Position numbers and translations under genes: made by a program. Shown here in pieces: positions 1-12,539 of a DNA stretch of 64,000 nucleotides. Every line of letters starts with the position of its first letter. Positions within the stretch are counted from its first letter, which is position 1. A model generated the notes under the pieces. It was given only the letters and a program-made list of their open reading frames with translations, was not told where the DNA came from and did no database searches. Origin of the DNA: Eledone cirrhosa (taxonomy: Eukaryota); the NCBI GenBank assembly GCA_964016885.1, contig OZ024743.1:287370001-287434000 (forward strand), written 5' to 3'.

Positions 1-66
1 AAGAATGAGGAGAGCCATTTCTCATAGAATTCATCCTTTCAAAGTCCATTGGTGTATAAAAATAGA

Positions 67-1112
67 ATCATCATCATCATCATTGCCACTTTTATGTCTG
101 TTTTTCAGCACAGCTCCATTCATTGTATTCCTTCGTCATCTCTTCTGTGAGGCTCAGCGATTTGAGATCAGCCCTCACCACCTCTGCCTAGGTCTTTCTT
201 GGTTTACTTCTTCTGTGGTTTCCCTCCACTGTGATTATCTAGCACTTCTTCATCCAGTGATTATTATCCATGTGCATCACATGTCCATATTAACGCAGTC
301 TTCTCTCTTGCACACTACTTCAGATTCCTCTTAAATCCAATTTCTCCCTCAGTTCATCCAAGCTCTGCCTTTCTCTCACATTTACATTGCATTTCTAACA
401 AAGCATGGTTGCTTCATTTCTCTCCAGCCTATGCATGTCCTCTGTAGCCACTGCCCATGTTTCACTACCATGCAGTATTGCACTTCGCACACAGGTGTCA
501 TACAGCCTTCCTTTTGTATGTAGAGAGAAACCATTCCTTGCATCCTATCCTTATTCTAGCTATAATACTCTTGATGTACCCTCCTCCGCTGCTAATTAGG
601 TCACCTAGATAGCAGAAGCTATCAACCACTTCTATAAATCTTTCCTGAGTTGGCGCTCTTCCCCCTGTGAATCTTCTATGTACAAAGTCTTTCATTCCTG
701 TTAGTCTACCTGATATCCTACTACATCTCTTGTACTCAGGATTTACATTGTGTACATTGTATAGAGTTTATGCCTACTCCTTTTCTACATATTGAGCAGG
801 GCCACTTCCCTGAAGGGATCAGTGTCCTATCTTCTTTCATATTTACTAGCAGTTTAGTTTTCGTTAACTTTACTCTCAGACCTTTTGATTCCAAGTTCTG
901 TTTCCATAGTCGGAACTTATTCTCTAGTTCTTTTATGAATTCAGGTAATTCACTTTAAGAAGTTCCTATGGACAGCCAGTCTCAAACTTCTCTGTTATGG
1001 TCTGGAGAATTATAATGAATAGAAGTGGGCTAAGAAGTGAACACTGATGGACTTCTACCTGAACCTTGAATTCCTCACTAAACTCACTTCCTACTCTCAC
1101 TTTACTGACAGC
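67..1112 (-). mobile_element. Degraded 5'-truncated RTE LINE fragment (RT C-terminus) with (TGA)n tail
   Basis: Minus-strand remnants EVVDSFCYLGDLISSGGG and PSGKWPCSICRKGVG match the better-preserved RTE copies in this window. A (TCA)n tract lies at 67-82. Confidence 0.85.
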
Positions 1113-1297
1113 CATTTATTGCTCGTATACAGGAAACTGACTGGCTAGTCTGCTGATATGCAAATTTGGCTGATCAGTGGATCTGCTAATATGCAGATCT
1201 GACTGATCAGCAGTCTGCTAATATGCTAATCAGGCCAATCAGTCACTGTATATTTTAGAAAATAGCTTATATTTTCACTAGCTCTGACAGTTGGCAG

Positions 1298-1363
1298 GTG
1301 AACAGTGAACTGTACTGATGAAGGGTAATACCCAGAAACATTAGTGTCTGCAGTTCTGTTTAC
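1298..1363 (+). ncRNA. Type I hammerhead ribozyme, probably within a solo PLE pseudo-LTR (about 1113-1420)
   Basis: Stem I GTGAACA-gt-GAACTGTA pairs with TGCAGTTC-TGTTTAC. Core CTGATGA (1315-1321), stem II GGG-taata-CCC, GAAA, stem III ACA-ttag-TGT, predicted cleavage after GUC (1348). Confidence 0.8.
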
Positions 1364-1579
1364 ATACAACACAAGAGCAAGAAAGAAGGGTTAATTTTAC
1401 TGACATGGCTTTAAAATTAAGGCTTGTTTTCATAATTGCAAATGAATTGAATGTTATTATTACAGTAATGAACTGGGTAATTGCTGGCCTTGTGCCTAAA
1501 GTAGAAACAATTATTAATATTAAAAAAAATCAGATTACATTTATTGTATTCAGCCATGTAGAGCGAAATTTTTCTTTTT

Positions 1580-1750
1580 TTATATACTCATATATATACA
1601 TATATATATATACGCATATATATATATACATATATATATATATTCATTTACATATATAAATATATACATATACAAATAGATATACATATATAAATATATA
1701 CATATACAAATAGATATACATATATATACACATATATATATATATATATA
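1580..1750. repeat. (TA)/(TACA) microsatellite
   Basis: Seen directly; the overlapping YI-rich ORFs are artefacts. Confidence 0.95.
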
Positions 1751-2008
1751 GGAGAGTATTGAAGTTTGCTTGAATAATTGTGGAACAATAAGTAAATATC
1801 TATAAGTCGTTTGGAAGCCTCGACAATGCAAATGGGTAAATCTCCGGGTAACAAGGTCCGGTGGTGGAGAGAGAGATGTAAGTGGGTGTACGTTGAGATG
1901 CGTGGTGTGTATAAGATGTGTGAGATGTGTAGAATGGAGGGAAGAGTAAAAGGATAAAAATAAAAATAACAACACAAGAGAGAGTTACCTTGGGAGAGAT
2001 TTAATAGT

Positions 2009-2044
2009 CCCTATATATTTCGGATTCACATCCATCAACTGGGG
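2009..2044 (-). ncRNA. Non-canonical minimal hammerhead-like motif (CAGUUGA core)
   Basis: Minus strand reads CCC-CAGTTGA-t-GGAT-gtga-ATCC-GAAA-TATA-TA-GGG. HHR topology with a palindromic loop III, but U4A and A6U core changes. Confidence 0.5.
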
Positions 2045-2279
2045 TTTTTTTCCGGGGTGGGGGAAAAGGTTGTCTGTCGGACAAGTCCGGAAGGCGTCTT
2101 TCGCTGTTTGCTGATTTGAATATCTGAGGTATTCGGCAGAGCGCGCGTGCGCGTGAAATGGGGTCGGTTGTACAAAGGTCAGCGGCCAAATGAGGGAGTG
2201 GGATGGCACTAGCTGTCAGTCCATTCTCTGCCTGTTTGTTAGATGTTACTGTGTGTGTGTGTGTGTTGTTGTCTCGCTT

Positions 2280-2326
<47 letters not shown>

Positions 2327-2471
2327 GTTGCCTTGTTCATCTGTATTGGCAGTGTAGTATGTTCGTATGGTGGAATGCTACAATGTGTGTGTGCGTGTGT
2401 GCGTGTGGTTGTCTCGTTTGCGTGTGTGTGTGTGTGTGCGTGTGTTGTGTGTTGTTGCATCGCTTGTTAAC

Positions 2472-3344
2472 TTAAACCAGCCATTTCATTTCGCTTCTCT
2501 CTAATCGGTTGTTTATTTGCGGTTGCAGGCGTTTGATAAAAAGTGCTTCTTTGATACGTAACGTGCCAACGTTTCTTTCAGTCGCTAGAATTGTGACAAT
2601 GGGCCTTCCGTCTTTGTTTCCACATTTGTCTATGTGTTTCCTGGTTTTAGTGTGTTCCTTGATCCGGATGTGCAAAGGTCGAATTGTGCTACCTATGTAG
2701 TATTGGTTGCACCTGTCACATTCTATCTTATACACGACGTATGTGCGTAGGCAACAGTTAGCATGGCGTATTGGGCAGTCTCTGAGGGAGCATGCGTCAA
2801 TAGATTTTTCGGGTTTCCTGGAGAGGCATCTTCGCAGGGAGGGGCCCGAGTGGGCCAGGTGGATGTCGCGGCCCTCCCTCCGTATAGCCTTGCGGATAGC
2901 GTTGGTGGTTTTCTCGCCCAGGTGTGGAATTTTAAGGAAGCACTTGCCTTGGGTGTTTCTCTGTCTCTTGCGTCTGGTGTCTCCTATTCTGTCTGTGATC
3001 GAGGTAGGGTACCCGTTCGTCTCCAGCACCTCGAGGAATCGCTTGGTATGAGTGACATCACTCGCGGGATCGCTGCATCTGTTTTTGATTCGCGCGATCT
3101 CGTTCGTGATGTATCCTCTTTTGGCACTGTTAGGGAGGGCGGACTTGTAGTGAACGAATAGGTCCCTGCAGGCTGCCTTTCTGTAGAAGTTGCAGTGGAT
3201 CCCTCCTTGTTCCGTGATGTTGATTCGGAAGTCGAGGAGGGCAAGTGACCCGTCTTCGTTGGGGTGTTCAACACTGAAGTCAATGTTCTCGTCCGTGTTG
3301 TTGAATGTCTCAAAGATTCTGTTCGCCGTGTCTTGGGAAGATGT
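2472..3344 (-). pseudogene. PLE polyprotein C-terminus: end of RT/thumb plus GIY-YIG endonuclease
   Basis: IDFSVEHPNEDGSLALLDFRI...FYRKAACRDLFVHYKSALP...NGYP continues in frame into the listed ORF containing VVYKIECDRCNQYYIGSTIRPLHIRIKEH and EALFIKRLQPQIN. Confidence 0.9.
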
Positions 3345-3348
3345 TGGT

Positions 3349-4079
3349 CCGTATTAAGCCGTAGTGTCTAGCAACCATCGTGGCTCGTTTATTCAACAAT
3401 GAAATTTCATATCATTTTTTCCGTTTATCGTTTTCGGTGCACTACGGCTTAATACGGGATGTTTGTTTACAAACACACCGAGCACTATAATAAATGTTCG
3501 GTGAATCCATACGTACATATATATATGTGTGCATGTATGTATATATATATACATACTACTGTACGTCTGTATACATATATGTATGTACGTGTACATACTT
3601 ATATTTAAGTAACAGCCGTACTAAGAGAGGGAAATGAAATTTTGTTTCATTTTTTCCGTTTATCGTTTTCGGTGCACCCAGCCGATTAACCCACTAGATA
3701 TGCAAATTAGGCTACTCAGCCGACAATATGCATAAGGTAAGTATATACGTTCAACAACATGGCAGGAAGGTATACGTTGCTGATGATAGCTAATAAGCTT
3801 GAAACAAGTACAGCATTCCTTTGTCAGTGTTGAACAAACGAGCAACGATGGTTGCTAGACACTACGGCTTAATACGGGATGTTTGTTTACAAACACACTG
3901 AGCGTTATAATAAATGTTCGGTGAATCCATGCGTACATATATATATATGTGTGCATGTATGTATATATATATACATACTACTGTAAGTCTGTATACATAT
4001 ATGTATGTACGTGTACATACTTATATTTAAGTAACAGCCGTACTAAGAGTGGGAAATGAAATTTCGTTTCATTTTTTCC

Positions 4080-4085
<6 letters not shown>
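3349..4085 (+). mobile_element. Non-coding 420-nt tandem repeat with a type I HHR (candidate non-LTR retrozyme / non-autonomous PLE)
   Basis: 3441 and 3861 start identical sequence (period 420). 3349-3397 is an inverted copy of 3829-3877, and 3398-3442 repeats about 3634-3677. One HHR is present in the complete unit. Confidence 0.75.
3749..3835 (+). ncRNA. Type I hammerhead ribozyme with extended stem I
   Basis: GTTG/CAGC stem I extended by GGAA/TTCC and GTTCAACA/TGTTGAAC. CTGATGA 3780-3786, stem II AGCT-aata-AGCT, GAAA 3801-3804, minimal stem III AC-aa-GT, predicted cleavage after GUA (3810). Confidence 0.8.
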
Positions 4086-4134
<49 letters not shown>

Positions 4135-4610
4135 AACCAACACACACACACACACATATATATATGTACATTTTTAATTTTCTCTCTCTAATTAAACCAA
4201 ATTAAAGATTTGTCAATTGACTCTTACAACCAGAAACAAAACCTTACCACTATTATTAGCTACCTATCAAGAAAGTGATATAGTAAAATAAGATAAAAAT
4301 AATAAGCAACTTGCATATTGTTTTTTTTTTCTTTTTAATATATTTGTCTATGTGTTTGTTTCCCCGTTATTTCAATTTTGTTGTTGTTTTTGTTTTATTA
4401 CTCTTTAACTTTTCCTCAATTTCATATTAAATTACAACATCCTTAGTGGTTTGTTTATATCACAGCTTCTTTAGTTTTGAGATCTTTCCTTGGCCTTCTG
4501 AACCTCACTCCCCCTCCACACACGCACACATACATATATATATATATAATTACATGCACATATGTTCACACTCATACAAATATAAATACATAAATGTTTA
4601 AATATATATA

Positions 4611-7600
4611 TCATCATCATCATCATCGTTTAACGTCCGTGTTCCATGCTTGCATGGGTTTGGACGGGAGTTTTCCCACTTGAGGCAAGAGTGGTTGTCT
4701 TGCTCGCATAGGACTGTCTGGCGGGTTTTCTACAGTTGGATGCCCTTCCTAACACCAACCACATTTACAGTGTGGGGCTGGGAGGTTTTTACCATGTTGC
4801 CTACACGGCCACATTACAGCGTGGACTGTCTGGCAGGTTTTCTACAGCTGGATGCCCTTCCTAACACCAACCACATTTACAGTGTGGGGCTGGGAGGTTT
4901 TTACCGTGTTGCCTACACGGTCACATTACAGCGTGGACTGTGTGTTTTTTTTTCGTGACACCTACACGATCTCATTTGTTTCGGCCTGGATTTTGTGGCA
5001 CCAACATAACTTTACATTGAAAGGGGTGGTGTGGATGGGGTGGGGGTGGTGGGACGGGGGTGTATTTTGTTAGAGATGCCTACTGACTGTAGTAGGTTTT
5101 ACTTTGTATTTAGGTAACGCGGGTCTTCTCTGTTACTGAGTACCGCCAAAGGTCTCGGTCCAGTGTAAGTGTGTGAGGTCGGAATTTATCAGCTCGTCCC
5201 AGGTTTTTCTGGGTTTGCCTACTCCGTGGCTACCGTCTATCTTTATTGCCCTGCACTTTGTTATACAGCTGTCGTCTTTCATGCGCATCACGTGACCATA
5301 CCAACGTAGCCTTCTCTCGAGTAAACAACATCTGATCCCTCTTATTTCTAATTTTTTCCTTAGTTCGTTTATGCTTTGCCGTTCGCGTATATTACTATTA
5401 CACATCCAGCGGAGCATGCAAGCTTCGTTCCTCTCTAGTCTGCGTATATCCTCTGCACACAATGCCCAGGTCTCACTGCCATGCAACATTGCTGTTCGTA
5501 TGCAGGCATCATACAACCTGCCTTTCACTTTTAGGGAGAACCCTTTAGCGGCTAATAGTGGTATAAGCTCTCTGAACTTTTTCCATCCAGTTCTGACTCT
5601 AGCTACTGTACTTTCGGAGCACCCTCCCCCACTGCTGATTTTGTCACCCAGGTAACGGAAGCTGTCCACTATTTCTATAGAACCCTCTGCGCAGTTGAAA
5701 GAGCTAGTATTTCGTGGGCACTTGCTGCTACTTATTGCACCAGAGCACCGGCCACATGTAAAATCTGTGTTCTTAGTTAGCTTACCTGTGATCCCACTAC
5801 ATCTTTTATGCACCCATACTTTGCATTTGGGACATAAAATGGAGTTTCTACCTACGCCTTTCCTACACACTGAGCATGGCCATTTCCCGGAAGGGACCGG
5901 CGCCTTATTTTCTTTCCTACAAACTAGAACTTTAGTCTTAGCCATGTTAATTTTAAGGCCTTTTGATTCTAGGCCGTGCTTCCATGTTTGGAATTTCTTC
6001 TAAAGCTCGGCCATTGATTCAGCTATGAGCGTTAGATCATCTGCGTATAGGAGTTCCCATGGGCAGCCGGTCTTGAATTCCTCTGTTATAGCCTGAAGAG
6101 CAATAATGAATAGTAGGGGGCTAAGAACAGAGCCCTGATGGACACCAACTTTTACGCTAAACTCTTCACTATATTCGTTGTTAATTCTAACCTTGCTCAC
6201 TGTTTCTTTATACATGGCTTGTATAGCTCTCACAAGCCATTCATCAACACCTAGTTTTCTAAGAGCCCACCAGATAATGGAACGGGGGACTCTGTCGAAG
6301 GCTTTCTCCAAGTCGACAAAGGCTAAGTATAGGGGTTTACTTTTAGCTAGGTACTTCTCCTGTAGTTGTCGTACAATGAAAAGAGCGTCTGTGGTACTTT
6401 TGCCTGACACAAACCCGAACTGCATTTCATCTAGATCGATTCTCTCTCTGATTAGTTGCACTATTACTTTTTCCGTGACCTTCATGACCTGGTCGATTAA
6501 TTTAATCCCTCTATAGTTACTCCTATCTAGGGCGTCTCCTTTACCCTTGTAACAGTTAATGATGATGCTGCTACGCCAGTCCTTCGGAACAACCCCATTC
6601 TGTATGACTTGGTTAACTATGCGGGTGACCATGGTGTGTCCCACCGTTCCAGAGGCCTTCAGCATCTCAGCGACTATTTCCGAAGGCCCAGCCGCCTTAC
6701 CCGTCTTCATATCTTTGATCGCCTTACTTATTATACTACCTTCAACTAACACTGCTGGTCCCTCTATTGGATCGATCTGGGGGAGACTATCCTTCTCCCA
6801 TTTATTCTCCTCATTTAGTAGCCTCTCGTAGTGACACTTCCAAGCGACCTTCTTATCAGTGTCAGTGATGGCAAGTACGCCGTCATCATTAAGTACACAC
6901 TTCTCCCCAACAATATCACGGTTTTCCTTGACACATTGCCTAGCAATCCTGAACACCTCACGTTTTTGGTCCTCGCGTTGTAGAACATGCTTGAACTTTC
7001 TTTCCTCTGCTCCCCTTCTTGCAAAGTACACTTGTCTCCTAGCTTCCCTCCTGGCCACTTGATAGTCTTCTCTACTTCCCCCATCCCGCCATACTTTCCA
7101 AGCCTGCTTTTTGGCCTTAATCGACTCCTCCACCTTACTGTTCCACCACCATGTTACTCTCCTCCTGCCTATAGGCCTGCTCCGGCCACAGACTTCGTCT
7201 GCCGCCATCAGCAGGTTTGCTTTCAGGAATTCCCACTGTCCCTCTATATTGTCCGACTCTAAATGCTCTTCCTTACTGTCGAAAACGTCAAGTAATATGC
7301 TTTGAAATTTATTTCTGGCTGTGGGGTCCTTTAGCTTCCATATTTTTCTCCTGAGGATAGTCCTCTTCTGCTGTCGAGTACGTCTCGTCCTGACTATGAG
7401 GTCGCTAATTATCAGTCTATGTTGGGAGGTGCATTCTTCATGGGGGAGGGATTTAGTGTTTACAACAGTCACTCTGTCACGTCTTCTGGTAAGGATATAA
7501 TCTACCTGGCTGGTATGTTCCCCTGATCTGTAGGTGATCAAGTGATTGTCTCGTTTTTTGAAGTTAGTGTTACAGATTGTTAGGTTATTTGCGTCACAGA

Positions 7601-8705
7601 ATTCCAGGATTCTGGAGCCTTCCTCATTTCTAGTACCAAACCCATAGCCTCCATGGATTTCATCATAACCGTCACAATGTTGTCCAACGTGACCATTTAG
7701 GTCGCCAGCAATAATTATATAGTCACTGTCGGTTATTTGGGAGGTAGTGAGCATCAGTGTCTCATAGAAAGTGTCTTTTATAGCGCCAGGCAGTCCGGAT
7801 TGGGGCGCGTATGCAGATATTATCGTCACAGTAGTTCTATTTAGAACAAGTCTTATTTTAATTATTCTGTCGTTTACTCTATTTACATCTATTATCTTAT
7901 CCACCCATTTTTCTGCTAACATGATTCCTACCCCACCCAGCCCATTGTCATTTCCCACCCAGAAAAGCTTATAGCATCGTTTTTTACCCACAATGAATCT
8001 AGCAGACCCGCCCCTCCACCTGCTCTCTTGGATACAGCAGACATCAACCTCCTTACGTTCAAGCATTTCTACAACCTCATTTGAGTGGCCTTTTAAGGTC
8101 CCTACATTCATGGTACCAACTCTGAAGTTTTGGATTGCGTTTGGTGGGTGGGGTGCAGGGACGGGTGTGGTTGATGGGGTTGGGGTTATGTTGGCCATCC
8201 ACGGCCGCAACAAAGTGGGTGGGGCTTTGCCCTTTCGTCCGGCAGCATGAGGTGAATTTGTCGTTATCTTTTGCATTGTCTTCGGGTGTCCAGATTCTTC
8301 TGACTCTCCAGAAATTCCCTAGTTCATCCATCATATCGAAAAAGCAACCAGAAGAGCTAGCATAGGTCGTTTACTTGTGATTGGTCCAAATAATAAGGTG
8401 GAGAGTGGGGGCGGGAGGGAGGGGTATGGGGTATGGGGTAGTTTGCGAGGAGCAGAATTATTTTTAGAACAACGGTGAGAGAGAACAGAATTATAGAAAG
8501 CCAATTTTGAATACGATTTTTTTTGATTCTGGGGGATTGTAAGATATATAGATGAATGAACCGAATGTGGAGAGTTGAGAAGAAATGGATATGTACGTTA
8601 CATTTCGTAGAAGAAAACTGAACAAGCGACCATCAATAATAGGAGACAAATTCTGGGTTTAGTCCCCTGTAGCATGGCTTATTTATATTTGGTTGGCAAG
8701 GAGTG
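4611..8705 (-). mobile_element. Near full-length RTE-clade LINE (subfamily A)
   Basis: Single APE endonuclease + RT ORF, 3' UTR with a 112-bp internal duplication, (GAT)n tail, and TA tracts on both sides. The 5' boundary is inferred from the flanking microsatellite. Confidence 0.93.
5133..8276 (-). pseudogene. RTE ORF: APE endonuclease - RT - PHD-like finger - C-terminus, with one in-frame TAG at 6000-6002 and a 19-bp deletion near the end
   Basis: TMNVGTL, CIQES, SAYAPQ, AGDLNGHVG and QVDYIL (APE); QFGF, FVDLEKAFD, GVHQGSVLSP, YADD and FRYLG (RT). ORFs 6000-8276 and 5133-5945 are in the same frame. Confidence 0.93.
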
Positions 8706-8835
8706 ATATATATACATATGATATATACTTATATATATGATTTATATATATATATATAGGATTTATATATATATATAGGATTATATATATATTTATATAT
8801 ATATATATATAGGATTTATATATATATATATAGGA

Positions 8836-11793
8836 TTTTACGAGTCCCTAATGCACACTACTGCTCTAACAAACGACAATGACTTCCTAATCATTGCAGG
8901 AGATTTTAATGGACACGTAGGTAAACACTGCGATGGCTTCAATAGAGTCCATGGAGGCCATGGGGTTGGCACAAGAAATGAAGGATTCAGACTTCTAGAA
9001 TTCTGCGACGCCAATGACATGTCGATATGTAACACAAACTTCAAAAAACCCGACAACCACCTGATCACCTATAGATCAGGGGAGCATTCTAGTCAGATAG
9101 ATTTTATCCTCATCAGAGGACGTGACAGATGGACGGTCGTAAACACAAAAGCCTACCCTAGTGAGGAATGTACCTTCCAACATAGCTTAGTTGTCAGCGA
9201 CCTCACAGTCAGAACTAGACGAACCTGGAAACAGAGGCCAACCTGGAGAAGAAAGATCCGGAAGCTGAAAGACCCCTCAACCAGTAACAGATTTAAAGAT
9301 ATTTTACTCAACGCCTACAACAGTAAAGAAGAACAGATAGAGACATTCAATGTAGAAGAGAACTGGGAGTTCCTAAAAAATAACTTACTAGAGGCGACGG
9401 ATGAGGTCTGTGGCTGGAGTAAGACCACAAGCAGGAGGAGAGTGACTTGGTGGTGGAACAATAAGGTAGATGAGGCAGTTAAGGCCAAGAGACAGGCATA
9501 GAAAGAATGGAAGAACGGGGGGAGCAGGGTACATTTATAGAGACCAAGAGGGAAGCTAGGCGACAAGTATACTTAGCTAGGAGGGGAGCAGAGGATAGAA
9601 AATTTAAGCATGTTTTGCAATGTGAGGACCAGAAACAGGTGTTCAAGATTGCGAGGCAGTGTGTCAGAGAGAATTGTGATGTTATTGGAGAAAAGTGTAT
9701 CTGGAATGATAAAGGTGAGCTTGCTCTCACAAGTGCTGAGAAGAAAGATGCATGGAAGAGTCATTATGATAGATTACTAAATGAGGAGAATGCATGGGAA
9801 GCTGAGACCCTACCCCAAGTAGACCCTATAGAGGGGCCAGCAGTACAAGTCAGCAGCAGCGTAGTAAGTAAGGCAATCAAAGATATGAAGATGGGGAAGG
9901 CAACCGGTCCATCGGGTATAGCTGCCGAGATGCTGAAGACATCTGGGTCTGTAGGTCACACTATAACCACACGTATTGTTAACCAGGTAATACTAGGTGT
10001 CATACCAAAATATTGGTGCAGTAACATCATTGTCAACTGCTACAAAGGTAAAGGTGATGCACTAGATAGAGGAAACTATAGAGGTATAAAGCTGATGGAC
10101 CAGGTCATGAAAGTAACAGAAAGAGTTACAGCACAGTTGATTAGGGACCGGGTGAAACTAGATGAGATGCAATTTGGGTTTGTACCAGGAAGAGGCACCA
10201 CTGATGCCCTCTTCCTTGTGAGGCAGTTACAGGAAAAGTACCTAGCTAAAAGTAAGCCACTCTACCTGGCATTCGTCGATCTCATGAAAGCCTTTGACAG
10301 AGTTCCACGTGATGTAATCCGGTGGGCTCTTAGAAAACTAGGAGTAGATGAATGGCTTGTGAAAGCTGTACAAGCCATGTATAGGGGAGCAGTCAGCAAA
10401 GTTAGGATTAGCAATGAGTATAGCGAGGAATTTAGCGTACAGGTTGGTGTCCACCAGGGCTCTGTTCTTAGCCCTCTCCTGTTCATCATAGTCCCGCAGG
10501 CAATAACGGAGGAGTTTAAGACCGGATGCTCATGGGAACTCCTGTATGCTGATGATCTCGCACTTATAGCTGAATCTATGGTAGAACTAGAGAAGAAATT
10601 CCAAACTTGGAAGCAGGAACTAGAAAGAAAGGGTCTCAAAGTCAACCTGACAAAGACTAAGGTCCTTGTAAGTAGACGAGAAAACAGAACCCAGATCCCC
10701 TCAGGGAAATGACCTTGCTCAGTATGTAGGAACTCCATTCTCTGCCCCAAATGCAAACAATGGGTACACAAGAGATGTAGCGGGATCTCAGGCAGCTTAA
10801 TTAAGAATGTAGGCTTCACATGCAGCAGCTGTGCTGGGACAGCAAGCAGCAAACAGCTACAGGAAACAAGTACCGCCAATCTCTGGGAGGGCTCTGTAGA
10901 AACAGTAGACAGCTTCTGCTACCTAGGTGACCGAATTAGCAGCAGAGGTGGGTGTTCAGAAAGTACAATAACTAGGGTAAGAACGGGATGGAAGAAGTTC
11001 AGGGAACTACTGCCACTGCTAGCTGCAAAAGGCTTCTCCCTCAAAATGAAAGGCAGACTGTATGATGCGTGTATCCGAACAGCAATGTTACATGGTAGTG
11101 AGACCTGGGCACTGAAGGTGGAAGACTTACGTAGTTTAGAAAGAAACGAAGCCTGCATGCTCCGAAGGATGTGTAATAGTAATATACGCGGACAAAGCAT
11201 AAATGAATTGAGAGAGAGACTGAGCATAAGAGGAATCAAATGCTGTGTGCAGGAGAGGCGGTTGCGTTGGTATGGACATGTGATGCGTATGAAGGATAAC
11301 AGCTGCATAAAAAGGTGCAGAGCACTAGAAGTCAATGGAAACCGCGGAGTGGGGAGACCCAAGAAGACCTGGGATGAGGTGATAAAAGCCGACCGTACCC
11401 AATTACACCTCTCAAAGGCGATGACACACGACCGTGACCTCTGGCGTCACGCAGTAATACAGAGTACCCGACCTCCCATGGGTACAAGCTGAAGCATATA
11501 GACAATATACCCCCACACCCTCCCACTGCAAGGTGGTCGTGGAGGTGCCACGGCAAAAAAGCACCCAGCCCACTCTGTAAAGTGGACGTGTAGGCACCAC
11601 GGAAAAAGCACCCAGCACTAACTGTAAATGAGGTTGGTGTTAGGAACGGCATCCAGCTGTAGAATCAAGCCCAAATCAGTTCCTGTATGAGCAAGGCATG
11701 GTCAGCCGACCAGACACTGCCCACAACAGGACAACCCGTCTAACCCCTGCTAGCATGGAAGAACGGACGTAAAACGGTGATGATGATGATGAT
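8836..11793 (+). mobile_element. 5'-truncated, disrupted RTE LINE (subfamily B) with (GAT)n tail
   Basis: ORF pieces 8851-9501, 9507-10712 and 11046-11492 give the APE C-terminus, RT (YADD) and C-terminus. Clearly diverged from subfamily A. Confidence 0.93.
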
Positions 11794-11804
11794 ATACATA
11801 TATA

Positions 11805-12441
11805 TATATATATAAAACAGAGGATGTCTGTGTGTGTGTGTGTCTGTGAGTTTGAATCCCTAAAACTCGAGAAGTATCCAACCAACGTTTTTCAAACTTT
11901 ACATGTGTATTACTTACGTTTCAGGGAGTGTTATGCACATTAAAAATTCAACTTTTTGATCCCCTAGGGCCCGCATTAGTTGAAAAACTGCGTTTTTTCA
12001 GCTTTTTCGGTTTTTTTTTAGGTATTACGTCAGACCGATTTCCTTGAAATTGTAACTATGTATTAGTCAGTCTCTTCTTCATACTGTAAGCAAAGAAAAT
12101 CCAACTTTTTTATGGACTAGGGCCCGCATTAGGTGAAAAACTTCCTTTTTTTCCAGCTTTTTAGGGCTTTTTTGAGGCGTTACATCTAGCCGATTTTCCC
12201 GAAATTTCAAGGCATATTATGCACATAAAAAAAATTCATTTTCTTGATCCCCTAGCATTAGGGGAAAAGCTGCATTTTTCCTGCTTCATCGAGGAAAATC
12301 TTAAAGATTATCCAGCCATCAGAGTAATCAGTTTATTTTCTTTACATATTGTCCAGGCATGCAGTTTTTCCACGATTAGGTCTGTTGGCGGCCCGCGTTC
12401 CAAAATATCTTATCCTGTGCAACGCCGGGTACCACTGCTAG
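11805..12441 (+). mobile_element. Non-autonomous Helitron-type element
   Basis: 5' tatataaaa followed by a (TG)n tract, internal repeats of TAGGGCCCGCATTAG, and a GC-rich subterminal imperfect palindrome cctgtgcaacgccggg followed by CTAG (12438-12441) then T, inside a TA tract. Confidence 0.7.
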
Positions 12442-12539
12442 TATATATATATATGAATGGGTGCCGCATCTTACTTACATGCAGTCACATGTTTTATGCT
12501 GGTGGCTGAGTCTTCACCAGCATAGCAGCACAGCACAGT

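Larger units (their letters stand above)
1751..3347 (-). mobile_element. 5'-truncated Penelope-like element (Penelope/Poseidon-like) with 3' UTR/pLTR and an internal (GT)n tract
   Basis: Open minus-strand frame 3344-2472 with RT thumb and GIY-YIG endonuclease. The downstream non-coding segment has an HHR-like motif and ends in a TA microsatellite. The extent of the 3' UTR is inferred. Confidence 0.8.
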
